Source of the DNA: Vicugna vicugna
Taxonomy: Eukaryota
DNA length: 64,000 bases
Assembly: GCA_013265495.1 (NCBI GenBank)
Contig: MU062453.1
Coordinates: forward strand, 558,001 to 622,000
Direction of reading: 5' to 3'
Shown here: piece by piece, positions 12,825-26,355 of the stretch
Layout: every line of letters begins with the position of its first letter
Numbering within the stretch: position 1 is the first letter of the stretch
Notes under the pieces: generated by a model
Seen by the model: only the letters and a program-made list of their open reading frames with translations
Told to the model about the DNA's origin: nothing
The model's database searches: none
Made by a program: the position numbers and the translations under genes

Positions 12825-13520
12825 CTTTTTTTTTGACTTTTATTTTTATTTTATTTATTCATTTTTTATTGAGGTATAGTCAGTTTACAATGTTGTGTCA
12901 ATTTCTGGTGTACAGCACAATGCTTCAGTCATACATGGATATACATATATTCATTTTCATATTCTTTTTCACCATAAGCTACAACAAGATATTGAATAAA
13001 TTTCCCTATGCTATACAGTATAAACTTGTTTATCTATTTTATATATACCAGTCAGTATCTACAAATCTCAAACTCCCAGTTTATCCCTTTCCACCCTCCT
13101 CCCCCCTGGCAACCACAAGTCTGTTTTCTAGGTCTGTGAGTCTGTTTGTTTTATATGTAAGCTCATTTGTCTTTTTTCTTGTTTTTTAGATTCCACATAT
13201 GAGTGATATCATATGGTATTTTTCTTTCCTTTTCTGGCTTACTTCACTGAGAATNNNNNNNNNNNNNNNNNNNNNNNNNNNNNNNNNNNNNNNNNNNNNN
13301 NNNNNNNNNNNNNNNNNNNNNNNNNNNNNNNNNNNNNNNNNNNNNNNNNNNNNNNNNNNNNNNNNNNNNNNNNNNNNNNNNNNNNNNNNNNNNNNNNNNN
13401 NNNNNNNNNNNNNNNNNNNNNNNNNNNNNNNNNNNNAGGTGTCTTTCTGAATTAAGGTTCCCTCTGGATATATGCCCAGGAGTGAGATTGCTGGATCATA
13501 TGGGAAGTCTATATTTAGTC
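12825..13520 (-). mobile_element. L1 3' end (lineage-specific) in ELMO2 intron
   Basis: DFPYDPAISLLGIYP / KYHMISLICGI L1 signature, poly-T at left. Confidence 0.9.
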
Positions 13521-15318
13521 TAAAAGAAATAGTTTTCAATGTGTTTTCATTTATTTTTTTGAGTCCTCCCAGCAGCCTTCTGATGTAGGCAGAATAGGAT
13601 TATTACCTCCATCTGAGGATAACAACACTGAAGCTCAAGTTTGGTTAAGTTGCCCAAGTTCAGCCAGCTAATAAGTAGTAAAGGGGACAAAACTCTGGCC
13701 AGTGCTCCTCCCCTTCCTGCTGAGCTACACTGAATTTCTGCTCATTGCAACTAAATCAAGCCTAAAGGTAAAGTGGGCTGGTCTCATGGCCCCGAGCGCT
13801 TCCACAACTTCTGCAGCTCCAGGCAGATGTTTCACGTGTAATTTTTATGTGCCTAGACACACAACAAACCTCTGAAAAGAAACTGGCCCACTGGAGTAAG
13901 TCCTGGCTGAGATGCTTTGCTCCAGTGACACAGCAAACAGGGGTGGTACCATGAATCTCTGGACGTCTAGTGCAGGAACCTTTATCCTTATCTCGATCTG
14001 CCATAATTAGGAGGTATGACTGTATAGATGTGAGATCATTTTTTTAAATTGAGCTATAATTTACATATAATAAAATGCACAGAGCTTATGTATATATGTG
14101 TATATATACACATAAAATAGAAACACACACACACATCCTCCTGTAACCACCCCCCAAAGCAAGACACTGAACATTTTCACACCCTCCAAAACTCCCTACC
14201 TCCTTCCAGTCAATCCTCCACCTTCCAGCCCTCCAAGAGGCAACTTCTTTCTGACATCTATCACCATAGATTTGTTTGGCCTGCTTTTGTACTTCATATA
14301 TATGGAACTGAACAGTATGGCTTTTTAGACCATTTGTTACTGAGGTTAGTCTCTTCTTTTTAAAAATAAGTAGGCAGTGTAGGTACAAGAGGAAGAGTGC
14401 TGGGCTGGGATGATTTTTCCCGCTGAAGAAAGCAACTGGATTCAGACCCAGAGGCCTCACGACCTAGCCACAGCTCCATCGCTAAGTGTCTGGGTGATGC
14501 ACATGTGTCCCTACTACCCTAGTCTCAGTTTTCTCCTACTGTGAGGTGAGAGCGTTGAATTAAAGCACGTGTAAGGTGCCATCAAAGATTCTGAAGTAGA
14601 GCTTAAAACTCCAGATGAAGATTGCCAGTTTCAAAGTCCTCATCAAAAGAAGCTACACCTTTATTTCAATGGTGCTGCTAAGAAACAAACCGTATTTTGG
14701 GGAACTCCTTTCTGAATACTGTCTTTGAAGACAAACAAAGCTAAAGCTCATTATTTTACAGGTATACTTTACTTTGACCCCACATGGCATTTCCTAAGTT
14801 GATTCTCTCTTTTTTAAAGTCAGCCCTGACTTTAATTCCAAAAATTCACACCTATTCTAAAGCACGGGGATTTGCAACCACCAGGACTATTCCAGAGATG
14901 CTACAAGCCCCTGTTCTCAGCGACTCTGCCCTGGTCCATGATGTCCAGGCAGCACACGTGCGCTGAGTGGCACTCTGCCCACCCAGGCCACAGCCAGTGG
15001 GACCGAGGTGAACACAGAACCTTAGCTGGACTAATCCAATTCTTTCTCATAAGCTTAAAGACAGACTAAGGGAGATGGATGACAATGGGCCCTGGAGCAG
15101 AAAGGTCATGCTCAGCTTCAGAGCAGGTACCACTCCAAGTCAAAGATACGGAGAAGTAAAAACCAAGAGCCTTGCAGAGGAAGCTGTTCAGCAGGAAGAA
15201 TACAGAAATGTGTGGATGACTGGAGGCCAGAAACTACAAAATCCCAGAAAGAGATGGAAAAAGCTTGCATCTGAGGACTTTCCAGGTTCCATGGCTACAC
15301 CTCTTATACTTGGGGTAC

Positions 15319-15388
15319 CTGAAATTCCCCTGTATTCGGCCAGTAAAACTCCTTTCAATTAAACTAGCTGCATTTCTATTCACTGCAA
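15319..15388 (-). other. ELMO2: Candidate ELMO2 non-coding 5'UTR exon
   Basis: 70-nt unique segment bounded by tctttttag| and cag|gtaccc, between first exon and ATG exon; splice signals only, no transcript evidence. Confidence 0.4.
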
Positions 15389-18300
15389 CTAAAAAGACTA
15401 AGGTTGACCTCAAGCTTTGAAGGAATTCTAAACGGAGGTCTGAGCAGACAGCAGCATAACAGGCACAAGATGATAGCACTGAGCAGGCCCTCAGTTAGCA
15501 CTGGCTGAAATGATGATGCGCAAAACCTTATTAGATAAGTCTGGTTTGTTTAAAACAGACCAATTATATGGTGACTTTATAGTAGTCATCTTGCATATAA
15601 TAGTAACATGGACACAGCCTCTTTATAGCTGATCATTCACGTCTGTAGCATTTTTATGATGCTCCTACGAATTGTGAAAGTCATCTCCATTTCACAGATG
15701 AGGCAACTGAAGTTCAGACGGGTTGAGAAACCTGTCTTCCACATGTCTCCTTCCCACCTCCCCCCCCACAAAAAAAGAAAGAAAGAAGTCACATCAGAAC
15801 TGGGTCTCAAGACTGGGTCTTATGACTTCAACAGTTCCTTTCCCTCTATAACACTTCCTTTGATGAGGATGATGACATGAGCTAACAATTACATACTGCT
15901 AAGGCAGTGTTAATTCATTTAATCCCCACAGCAACCTGTGAGGTATATTATTACCTCCATTTAACAGGTAAGAAAATGGAGGCACAGAAAAATTAATTAC
16001 CATCCTCAGTGTCACACAGCTTGTAAGCGGCACAGTCAGAATCTGGCCCCAGGCAGTCTGGCTGTTTGAAAGCCACGTGAAAGCAGGCGGTGCTGTACCT
16101 ACAGCAGGAGCTCAGTGGAGGATCTGGGTCTGGGCACCTGAAGCTAAACACACTGAAGCTCGAAGACCAACGCCAAGAGCTCACCACCGTACCAGTAACA
16201 GAGCCCACGACCTAAAGTGATCCCCACTTGCTTGTGCAGTACTCAGCCCTTCACAGTCCAGCCAGACTCTCCTCACTGCTTGCTATTTCTACAAGGCAGG
16301 CCATGCTCCTCCTTCTCTTCTCTACTTCTGCACCTTCTCTTCCTTCCTTTGACTGTCAGAAGAGCTCGTATTCAAGCTTCAAAGCCCCACTCAGATGTCA
16401 CTTCCTCTGTACTAGTCTCAGCTTTCCTCACGTCTCCCCAGCAAAGCGAAAGAGGAGGGGCCCTGTGTTCCTCTGGGAGGCTCCTGTCCTGCTCCGTTAT
16501 AGTCAGGTATTCACACAGCTCTCTCCTTCGCTCTCTCCTTCACTCTCTCCTCTGGGGCAGGTCCAACTCTCCAGTCTCATCACCAAGCACAGCACCTGGC
16601 ACACAGTCACGGTTCAGTAAGCACCTGTATCTGCTCAAATCCCACAGCTCTGACCTCAGCTCCTACAAACCAGGGCTGGCTCTGCCTGGAAAGGGACTGG
16701 CATGAAGCGCTCAGGTTGTATGGCGTTCCCTCCACGACCCACCACCTTCTACCTCCACGGTATCTCCACAGTTTAAAGTTTTGTTTTCATATCTAACATC
16801 AGGACGTGTCTCACCGGAATATCAGATTTAGCACCCCTGACTCCAGTTAAAAGAAGGAGGGGAATATCCCTCTGCTTTGATCCCTATGGAAACATCAGGA
16901 GAGAGGAGACTAGAAGAATAGTATTCACCAGGTAATAGTCCCCGGATAAAGGATCTCCTTCTGGGGAACCCTTCCAGCACTCGTCTGCTTACTCTTTTCA
17001 TTTTCATTTTAGAAAGGAAGTGGAAATTAGGTCGAAGCAGTTCAATAACATTGCAAAATTCTCAGGGTTATAAATAGCCTCTTGCTCTACCACTCAGCAG
17101 TACTATAGAGTTCAACAGCAAACAGCCAGTATAGGGAGCAGTAGATTCACAACCGGGCCCAGAAGGCAAAGAAGTAATAAACCCTTCCGGATTAATCGAC
17201 TCTCCATCCCCTCCTCCCACCTCTTTCAAGTATTACAGATACAAAGACAATTTGGAAAACTCTAAATGTCACCAAACAAGAAAGAGGCACACGCTGATCT
17301 GACGAAGATAATTCTACTCTAAGGCATGAGAATGAAAGCCCAGGTTTTCAAAGGCAAAGCTGGGGAAACAAGAGAAAAACACCATCAAGCGTCCTCTAAG
17401 CAGCTTCTGGAAGGTGTGCGTATATAATGAGCACAGTTACAAAAGGTCCCGTGCAGCTCCATCAGTCCACCACCCCAGCAGGCCCTGCCCCAGGGAGCTG
17501 GGTTCTGAGAGCCTATCAGAGAGGAAGTGAAAGATGATCCCTTCCCATTAGTAAGGAATCCGGATGGAAGGAGGCCAGAAGGTCTCCAGCTCCCCTCCCT
17601 CCCACTCATTCCTTTAAGGGTGAGATTGCCACATGCTTTTTGTTCTGTTCTTTAGCTCTTGATTTCGTGGGGGAGACCTCAGTAAGTTTGGTTTAGTTGC
17701 CTACAACAGAATGCACTGCACCAGGAAGGGACCAGAGGTCACACCTCTTTCTAATCGAGAACAAAATCTCAACAGAGGCTTCTCCCTCTGAAATCTAGAG
17801 TGAGAAGTGACTCAACTTCCCTCCGTTCAGACCCTTGCATGAGGGTGAGACTCTGAGGTGCAGAGAGGGAGACTGATTCACAGATGCAGGTTGTGACCAG
17901 TACTGCCAGAAATGCTGAGAAGGACCATCATACCCATGGCAGCCGAGGTCTCCCTTTTTCGTTGAAATCTGTTAGACACAAGACTCACCCCAACATGTAG
18001 TCAAAAGCCACTTAGAGCCACGAGCACGGTGAGGACGGGTGTGGGAACAGGGTAACTGACTGGGCTTCTCAACACCTACCCTAAGGATTGCCTACGTCTC
18101 CTCTTCTCCTGCTCAGAAACCACAGCAGGGTTCCCCTCCTTACAGAGCAGAGGTTAGATCCCCCAGGAGAGCACCCAGCTCCTTCCAGCCTCACTGCGGC
18201 CTCCAGACCACCCTCGGAGACACTGTCACAGGAGGCCACCTTGTTCCCTCAAACATCATGCTCTTCTTCCAAGTCCTACTCTAGCCTCTGTCGTTATTCC

Positions 18301-18689
18301 CTCTACCTTGTCCAGCTGACGAGCTTCTTTTTTAACTGAAGTACAGTCGGTTTATAACGTGTTAATTTCTGGTGTACAGTAGAGTGATTCAGTTTTATAT
18401 ATATATATATATATATTCCTTTTCATATTCTTTTTCATTATAGGCCATTACAAGGTATTGACTTTAAGCTGCCAAACTTCTGCTCAGGCTTCAAGGCCCA
18501 GCTCAGAAAGTCACTTTTCCATGTGGCCCTCCTAATCCTCTCACCTCAGGCAAAATGAACTGTGCCCTCTTCTGTGTTCCTATCTTTTATCCAAACCATT
18601 ACAATCCCACTGATGAATAATTCTCCACATGCAGCCTTTTGTCTTGCTATTCAAAGTGTGATCTGCACTCCAGCACCATCGACACTGCC

Positions 18690-18815
18690 TGGGAGCCTGC
18701 AGTCATGCAGAATCACCCACTCTGGCCCAGACCCACTGGATCAGAACCACCCTTCCAACAGGATCCCCAGCTGGCTCACATGCACGTTCTGGTCTGAGAA
18801 GCAGACTCTAGACCA
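18690..18815 (+). mobile_element. MER5-family MITE nested in L2
   Basis: ggcccagacccactggatcagaa...aacaggatcccc...tgagaagca. Confidence 0.6.
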
Positions 18816-21064
18816 GCGGTTCTCAACTCAGGTCGTGCCTCATCACTGCCCCTGGTCACTGTCAACCCCCCCTGGGGGGTTCTAATGATTGGCCAAGCCA
18901 GGAGCCAAGGGGCCAGGGCTGTTGGCTATCAGGGCAGGGACTCATCGAGTCCATGTCTACTCCCCTGCCTGCTGTTCCCTCAAGCTGGTAGCACAGTGCC
19001 TGGCACAGAGCTGTGCTCACAGAATGCCACACCCAGAACACCCTCTACGAGGCCCCGAAACCAGTCTGTCTTTAAAACAGAATAAAACACTCGTGACAGA
19101 GGATCAGCTATGTCTGGAACTCTGTAAATCCCTATCTACAGTCATCGAGAGAGACGTAGAAGGGTCAGTGTTTACTGACCACTTGCCCCAGTTTTTGGAA
19201 ATCAAACAGAATCTGAAGTGGAAAATACTGATGAAGTGGAAGAAACCGGCTGCCTTCATGGGGCTGCCATGGCTGCAGCAGGAAGGCCGAGCTTGAGGAG
19301 GGAGGGAGTGTGCCAAGCTGAGGAGGAGTCCGGGGTTATGACTGAAATCCCAGGCTGTGGGCCTGAATCCCTCAACCCTTCAGTGCGGACCACAACAACA
19401 CAGCATTGTTCTCACAGAAAAATCAGGCCAAGCCTCTCATTTTATAAATAAGGGAAATGAGGTCCAGAGAAGCCAGCCACACCACCAGTCAGGGATAAAA
19501 GAAGGCCTAGCCCCTCCACCCCCGGTCAACCCGCCTCTGCTATGCAGGAGACCTGACCGCCCAGCTATGCCACCAGCATGAGCCTCTATAGATCTCAGGT
19601 CCTGATCTCCATGAGGAGACTGGACTAGACGTTTGTGAGGTCTCTTCCAGCCCTGACCTTCTAGTGAGGCAGAGTAACTGAACGAGGCTAGGAGCTGCTG
19701 TCCTGGAGTGGGACAGACCTAGAGTAGGATCCCAGCTTTAAGAATGTCCTTATCTATAAAATGGGGATTCGAATCAACCTTACTCTATAAAGTTGCTGTG
19801 AACATAAGGTGGGATAATATATGTAAATCATTAAAGCATAAAACCTGCACAGAGTAAGCCAAATTCCAACACTGTGAAGTTGAAGAAGATGCAAAAACAC
19901 TGTAACTAAGTTTCCCCAGTGTTAAAAAGCCCCAGCTGCCAGGCTTTAGTTTACTGATGACAAAATGAGACCGCATACTCGACGGTAATCGGGAAGGAAA
20001 ACTAACATAAAATTATTATTATTTATCTCCTAGCAGAAGAATCTTGGGAGTTTCATAGTTCCAGAACAGTGGCCAATACAATGCCTGGCACACAACAGGT
20101 GCTTCACAAATCTTTTCTAGTGACTCAATTAAAACCAGTATGTTTAATGGGGTTACAAATTTAAATGTCTTAAGCAGCCCGGCAGGTAGGTAAATAAGCT
20201 AAGTAGTATCTATGTAGGAACTGTGGTCAACTACAAAGTACCCGACCTGCCTAGAGGAATTCAAACTCAGCACTTCTAAACACACTACGCAGCCTGGCCT
20301 AGACAGACACAGCAGCCTCTGCACACCATTTCCGGTTCATCACACCGCACGCTGTCCCGCACCTCATCAAATCATTGTGTGATGTGCTCTTGTCTTTCCA
20401 AGTACACAGCAAGCATCCTGAAGATGAGGGCTACGATTTATGCTCCTCAGTCACTCTAAATGGCCCAGAGTGGTGCTGGCCTCACAGTAGTGAGGACCTC
20501 GGTCAGTGAGCAATTGTTGAACTGCACAGCTGGACTGCTAACTCAAGCCCTGTAGGTCCAGCACCTTTGAGATGCCGCAGATATTAGGACCAGGCTGAGC
20601 TGGTGCGGGCTGTGCTGAGCTATGGTGTCTGGATCAAGAAGCACTTGCCTTGCAGATTTTTCCTTCAACGGCATCAAATACACTTGTTCCTGAGCCACTA
20701 AGGCAGGTGGCACTGATGCATCCAGAAACACTGTCTGTGCATGGAACTAGACAGAATACGCAATACTCATAGGTGCCATAGAATACTCATAGGTGCCATT
20801 GTTTTCAAGAAGTTTAACCCCCACTTCCTGCACCCCCAAACTTCCCGAGAACCTCCTAGAGGCAGCACAGGTACAGAAAGATCAAACTCCAGATGAACAG
20901 ATTGGGGTCCTGGTCCCCATCTTGCCTCCTCTGCTCACAAACTCTAGGATGACTGCTGGCTGACAACATAACTTTTAGGAGCTTCATTAATTTTATTTGG
21001 AAAATTCAGATAATAATTACCTCAAAAGGCTAAAGGCAATTAAATGCTGCAAGAATGTAAAGCT

Positions 21065-21362
21065 TCCAGCACTGCACACCCCCGATAAGTGGCTATTGAG
21101 CACCTGAAATGTGGTTACCACGAGTTGAGATGGGCTCTAAGTGTAAAACATATAAATTTCAAAGACTTAGTACACACACAAGGATGTGAACTCTCTCATT
21201 AACAATGTTTTTATACTGACTATATGCCAAAATAATATTCTTTTGGAATCTAAGTAGATTCCAAAAAGTAATCTCACCCGTTTCTTTTTATTTTTGTAAT
21301 GTGGCTACTAAAATTTTTTTTAATTACATATAGTGCATTCTATTTCTGTTGGACAGCATTGC
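21065..21362 (-). mobile_element. MER33 (hAT-Charlie MITE)
   Basis: gtggctattgagcacctgaaatgtgg ... ctatttctgttggacagc match to recalled consensus. Confidence 0.75.
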
Positions 21363-21559
21363 TCTCGCACAGAGCCTGGCACACTTTTTTGTGTAGGACA
21401 TCAGGGACACGACTCACACACTGTTCCTCCTGCCAAAGCCAAGTCATCCATTCATTTATTTAATACATTTTTTTTAACAGTGCCTGGGCCTGTGCAAGAT
21501 GCTGGAAAAACAAGGAGCAAAACCAGACACTGTCTTTTTCTTTGTGGAACATATTAATC

Positions 21560-22110
21560 TGGTGGGATAGACAGACATGAATACTTTCATAAATAAGTGT
21601 AAAACTGCAGCTGTTAAAGCACTGTAAAGGAGAAGTACACAGTGTGATGACAGTGGGGAATTCACTTGGTGGGGCAAGTGGGGACCAGGGATGCCGCTGG
21701 AGGAAGTGATACTTCAGTGAAGATTTGAAAGATAAAGAAGAGTTTACTGGAATAAGCCAAGCAGGGAAGATAAGCCAGGGGAGTAAGAAGGTTAAGGGTG
21801 AAGACCCTGAGGAGGGCCAGAGCTTGGTACGAGGAGGAACAGGAAAAGGCCAATGTGACCAGCTTATTGAGCAAGAAGGGTAAGTACACTGAGATTAGGG
21901 AGGAGAGGTCGGCGGGTTCACATCTCCAGGGCTTGGGTGAGGATCTAGCGCTGGCCCCGCAAGAGGTGCAAGCCGGCCAGTTACAAACCGCAGAGTATCC
22001 GGATTTGATCTGCATTTTGAAAAGATCCCTCTGGCCAAGGTGTGAGGCCCACTGGGGAGTGGCCCGAGTGCTTGTGGGCTGATGGGTTAAGACACTGCCT
22101 CAATCCAAGT
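21560..22110 (-). mobile_element. L2 remnant
   Basis: ggaggaagtgatacttcagtgaagatttgaaag ... gatcccctctggcca motifs. Confidence 0.65.
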
Positions 22111-22399
22111 AAGAAGCGAGAGAGGCCTGAACTGGGGCGAGGGAAGCAGCAGAGATGCAAGTACATGGACTAGGGGCTACTGAGCCTGCCGGATCGACGG
22201 GTTGGGGTGATGAGCAGTGGCCGTATGTGTAGGAGGAGGGGTGGCGATGTCAAGAGAGACTCCTGGGCTTCTGACGGGTGCCACCCAGCCCCAAACACTC
22301 TCCGGGCTCCTATAGAGCCCTCTCCCATCCGGTCCCTCTCCCTCCCCTCCCCCCACCNNNNNNNNNNNNNNNNNNNNNNNNNNNNNNNNNNNNNNNNNN

Positions 22400-23010
22400 N
22401 NNNNNNNNNNNNNNNNNNNNNNNCCCCTGGCCGGCCCAGCGCCCCCTCCTCCAGGCCTGGGCCGCCCTCGTCACCACCCGTCGACCCTTCCCGGTCGGAG
22501 ACGGTGCTCTCCCCCCCAACCCCGTCCTCCTGGCACGGAGAACCCAGCTGGGCCGCGACCCCTTGGGGGCCTACAGAACCGGCACAGTGCAGCCCAGGCC
22601 CATTCTCTCCAGCTCCTCAGCCCCCTGACAGAAGCAGCCCACAGCCCTCCGCCCACTTCCAGGCCTGGCCTCCCCTCCCTGCGTCCCTCCGGCCAGGCCC
22701 CTCTCCGCGGCCCGCCGCGCCCCTCACTCACCAGGACGCCGACCTAGGCCCAGCTCCCGCGCCCGGCTCTCACCGCCGCCGCTCCTCCAGCCTCCGCCCA
22801 CCCCGCCTTCCAGGGACCCCGCCCCGCGCAGGCTGACCCGGGCTCCTATTGTTCCGTTTCGCTGTCGCGCTGAACTCTCTTTCTTCAGTTGGGTTGCTTA
22901 CCTGTCACTCAAGAGAAGGCGGGCCCAGCTGCTGGGGGAAACTCCGGCGGTCCCCGCCCGGCTTGCCGAGGCCTCTTAAAGACATAGGCTGCCTCACCTG
23001 CCGCGGGCTA
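22400..23010. promoter_or_regulatory. ELMO2 CpG-island promoter with GC boxes
   Basis: Very GC/CpG-rich, ccgccc and ccccgccc motifs, no TATA box, surrounds first-exon donor. Confidence 0.88.
22732..22810 (-). other. ELMO2: ELMO2 probable first (non-coding) exon; TSS approximate
   Basis: Strong donor CTG|GTGAGT at 22732/22731 inside a CpG island. Confidence 0.75.
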
Positions 23011-23896
23011 TGGGCTTTGGAGGAATGGGATTTGTCAGCAAATGCAAGAAGCAGCATTCCCTCGCCCCCCCACCCCTAGACTTTTCTTTTGGCACAGCCC
23101 GGATGTAAAGGAAAAGGCTTTGGTTCCTCGTGATAAATCAGACGTTTTGAGTGCTCAGATGTCCTTTGGTAGCACTCAGCCCCGTGCCCAGCAGGCATGT
23201 TACGCACTCAACTGTGGGATAACTGTGGTTTGGGGAACTAAGTGGGAGGTGACAGTCGTGTCAGAGGCTGTGAGCAGCCGCGGCTGTTCACCACCGAGAT
23301 AGAGCTAATTATACCGGCACTCAGCGCTGACCGTGGGCGCGGTGCAGAGGCAGAGGGGTACAGCTCAGCTGTACTGTTGGTAGGGACCCGTGGGAGGTGG
23401 TATTCGTCACTGCACCTGCAGATCCGGAATAAGGCCGGGCACGGTGCCAGGGCCTCACTCGTGTTATCGCCCTTTACGAGCACAGCAACTCCGATGCAGG
23501 GATCATGCCGATCCGCGGATTGTACAGCTAGTGATGGGCAGAGCAAGACGCGAGCCTGTGCCTGTTCGCTTCTAAAGTTTATGCTTTCACCTTTTTGCCT
23601 CACAGATCCTTATAAACTCCCTGAAGGGTGGGTATGTCGTTGTCTCTTTTACAGATCCTCAACGGAGAGACTAAATAATGAAACTGATAACTCAGCAAGG
23701 AGACTAAGTAACAACCACCGATTATGTGGCACGCCACACAGTCTGCAAAGCATCTGAAAAGCAGTTTTACATATGTTGTTTCATTTGATCCTCAAAACAT
23801 CTTGAAATTGAAGATGATTTTTACTAGTCCTATTTTACTAGTGAATACAGGGATGCTCAGAGAGGTTGAGGCTTAGTAACAGCTAACATCGCTACA

Positions 23897-24106
23897 GCCC
23901 TTGCAGAAGTCATCAGACGACTTTCCACTAACGTCCAGATAGGAAATGCTTTTGGCCATCGGGTCTCTGTCAAAACTATTCAACCGGGCTGTTGTAGTGT
24001 GAAAGCAGCCACATACAATATGGAAACTAATGAGCGTGGCTGTGTTCCAGTGCAACTTTGTTTACAAAAATAGGTCGTGGCCTGTGGCTGTAGCTTGCCC
24101 ATGCTG
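23897..24106 (+). mobile_element. MER58A (hAT-Charlie MITE)
   Basis: ggtctctgtc...gaaagcagcca...gtggctgtgttcca...tttacaaaaa match. Confidence 0.75.
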
Positions 24107-24639
24107 GATATCAAAGCCTTATACAGACCATTGTTTTGTGGGATCCTCACATCAACCTTGTTATTATTCATACTGTTCTCTTTAAATTATTAATGTATTA
24201 TTATTGTTGATGATGTTATCCTCATCATTTTACAAATGGGGAATCAAAGGCTTGGCAAGGTTAAGGATTCAACTGCAGTCAACTCAGGAACTAGAACTCA
24301 GATCCAGCTTTACTCACTCCCAATGCCATCTCCCCGTCTACCACCCTGGGTTGTGAGAAGGCATGAGAGTCCACCTCGGTCAAACAGGTCTTTTTCCCAT
24401 CCCATTGCAAGACAACAGGCCAAGTTCATTTACCTTTCCCAGGCTCCAGGGGTCATTCCTGTCATTCTCCTCTCAGGGAACATTCTCCCATTCCTTCCTG
24501 TCTTCCCCATTTACTGTGGCCCACGAACACCTCTCCTGCCCGGAGCCCCCAACATGCTTACACCCAGCAGTCTTGTGTGACTGAGACTAGCATCTGCTGG
24601 GAAATGGACTCCCCGTGGGCAATGACTTCAGTGGAGTCT

Positions 24640-25085
24640 GCTAGGTGTCCGCCAGAACCCCTTTTCCTGGTCTTCCAAGGTCACACAGCTGCCCAGCTAA
24701 GCTTCATTCACTCCCTAGCCTTACTCACAGTTAAGAATGGCTGGGTAATTAAGTTCTTGCCAGTGGAAGTGATGTATGAAACTTCAGCCAAGGCCTTTAG
24801 TCAGTGAGCCTGCCTCTTCCCTGCTCTTTCTTCCTCTCACTGGCTGGGTCTGGCCATGACGGCATGATGATGATGATGTGCTGGGAGATGATAGAATCAC
24901 CACTAGGAAGTGCCAGGGTCCCTCAGTAATCACACGGAGCAGAAAGCTACCTGCTGACCTGGAATTCTTCTAGGTCACTTCATATGCTTATGTGAAAGAG
25001 AAGTAATCTTTGTTCTTTAAGCCACTGACTTTTCTTGGGGGTGGGGGGTGGTAATCTGTTTGTTAGAGTCAGCCCTGCATTGACA
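24640..25085 (+). mobile_element. MaLR LTR (MLT1J/K-like)
   Basis: tgagaaataa-type 3' motif (gtgaaagagaagtaatctttgttctttaagccactg) and MLT1-like body. Confidence 0.6.
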
Positions 25086-25784
25086 CAACCCTGAGAGTGA
25101 AAGTTTCCTTACATTTTGTGCCCTGGGTACCCCACTTGCCTCACCATAGTCCTGGTCCGGCTCAGAACACATGTATCCCAGGAATGAATCATTCACATTA
25201 GCTTTACAATACTTTATCTCCCCTCAGCCCTGGCCCCAATTTGTTAGTGCAAGTCCTTTCATTGCAAGTCTCAGGAACCAACTCTGGCTAACTGTAGCAA
25301 AAAGGAGCTTACCGGCAGGCTAGCGGCTAATTCACAGAGGTGACAGGAAACTGGAGGACTAGGCTCAGAAAAGGACACAGCCTGAAGATGCTTTGGGTGT
25401 TTAGGTAGCCAAAATGAATTAATTCCATCCTTTTCTTCCCTTTTTTGGATCAGATCTTTCTTGATCCAAATCAAGATCCCTGGAGCATGAGTCCAGTTGG
25501 CTGAGCTCAGGGAACATGCCCTCCCCTTTGCTCAGGAAGGCAGGCACCTTGATTGACAGCTCCATCAAGACTGCACATAAGGCAAGATTCCAGAGACCTC
25601 CACCCCTACTCCCAGCTGCTACCCTTGGGCAACTGAAGCCAGGTGCCCTGTTTTCAGGCTGGGATCAAGTAGAAGAAGTACCTGAAGCTGAACGTCATCA
25701 TTATAAGAATCCAGCTCAGTGTCTGGTACACTGGTAGAGCATAATAGTGACAATCCCTAGGCCTTGTAATTATACAGAGCTCCT

Positions 25785-26163
25785 TGTTGCTGTTGGGCTG
25801 CACCCCGCAGCCCTGCAAGCTTTGTAGTTGTCCAGACTTGAGACCGAAGAAAAAGACATCAACAGAGAGACAGCAACAGAGACATCAATGGTTTATTGGA
25901 TGGGGAGGTGGCTCTTACACAGAGGGTTCTGGACCGATACCATGTGTGGCAGATGACGGACAGGACAAAGCAGCAGTCTTCACTACCTGGGGGAGAAGGA
26001 AACTATTTATATGGGAAATTGACATCAGGTGGGATCATCAGTTACCAGGACTAATTAAGCCCTATAATTAAGAGAGTTGGATAATCATGTGAGGGACGCA
26101 CAGCCTGGTCAAGCAGGGGCTGTACAGAAAGCAAGAGGACAGCCATCTTGAATGGCCTGACCA
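25785..26163 (-). mobile_element. Probable ERV solo LTR (family not identified)
   Basis: TG...CA ends; TATAAATA and CAATAAA on minus strand in LTR order; boundaries uncertain. Confidence 0.45.
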
Positions 26164-26199
26164 TCTAATTACTAACCAGCTGTGCATTCTTGTGTACAT

Positions 26200-26355
26200 T
26201 ACTAGATCTCGCTGAGCCTTGGTCTCCTCATTTGTAGAATGGGGATAATAACAGTACTGACCTTGATGGAGTGCAACGAGAATTAAATGAGATACAGTAA
26301 ATGTCCAACACTTAGCATGGTGCAGTGCCTGGCACATAGTAAGTGCTCAACAAAT
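26200..26355 (+). mobile_element. MIR
   Basis: ctcctcatttgtagaatggggataataacagtac...gtgcctggcacatagtaagtgctcaa core (many other MIRs in window not listed individually). Confidence 0.8.

Larger units (their letters stand above)
180..22810 (-). other. ELMO2: ELMO2 gene, 5' part (engulfment and cell motility protein 2; continues beyond left edge)
   Basis: Nine GT-AG exons with consistent phases splice to [49 protein letters not shown]...APEDKRQ(DKHLNPLDLPVT), which I recognise as ELMO2 aa 1-264; CpG-island first exon upstream. Confidence 0.97.

Noticed and set aside
17989-18100. Strong-looking minus-strand donor GGG|GTGAGT at 17989
   Set aside because: No convincing matching acceptor found, so it cannot be supported as an ELMO2 exon
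20762-20799. 20-bp-period tandem duplication (aatactcataggtgccat x2); similar 11-bp duplication near 3264-3286
   Set aside because: Ordinary slippage micro-duplications in introns
22207-22836. 209-aa Pro/Ser-rich plus-strand ORF
   Set aside because: Expected stop-poor frame in a GC-rich CpG island, includes Ns, no recognisable homology
23242-23757. 171-aa minus-strand ORF upstream of ELMO2
   Set aside because: Overlaps MIR-like sequence on the CpG-island shore; no domain similarity
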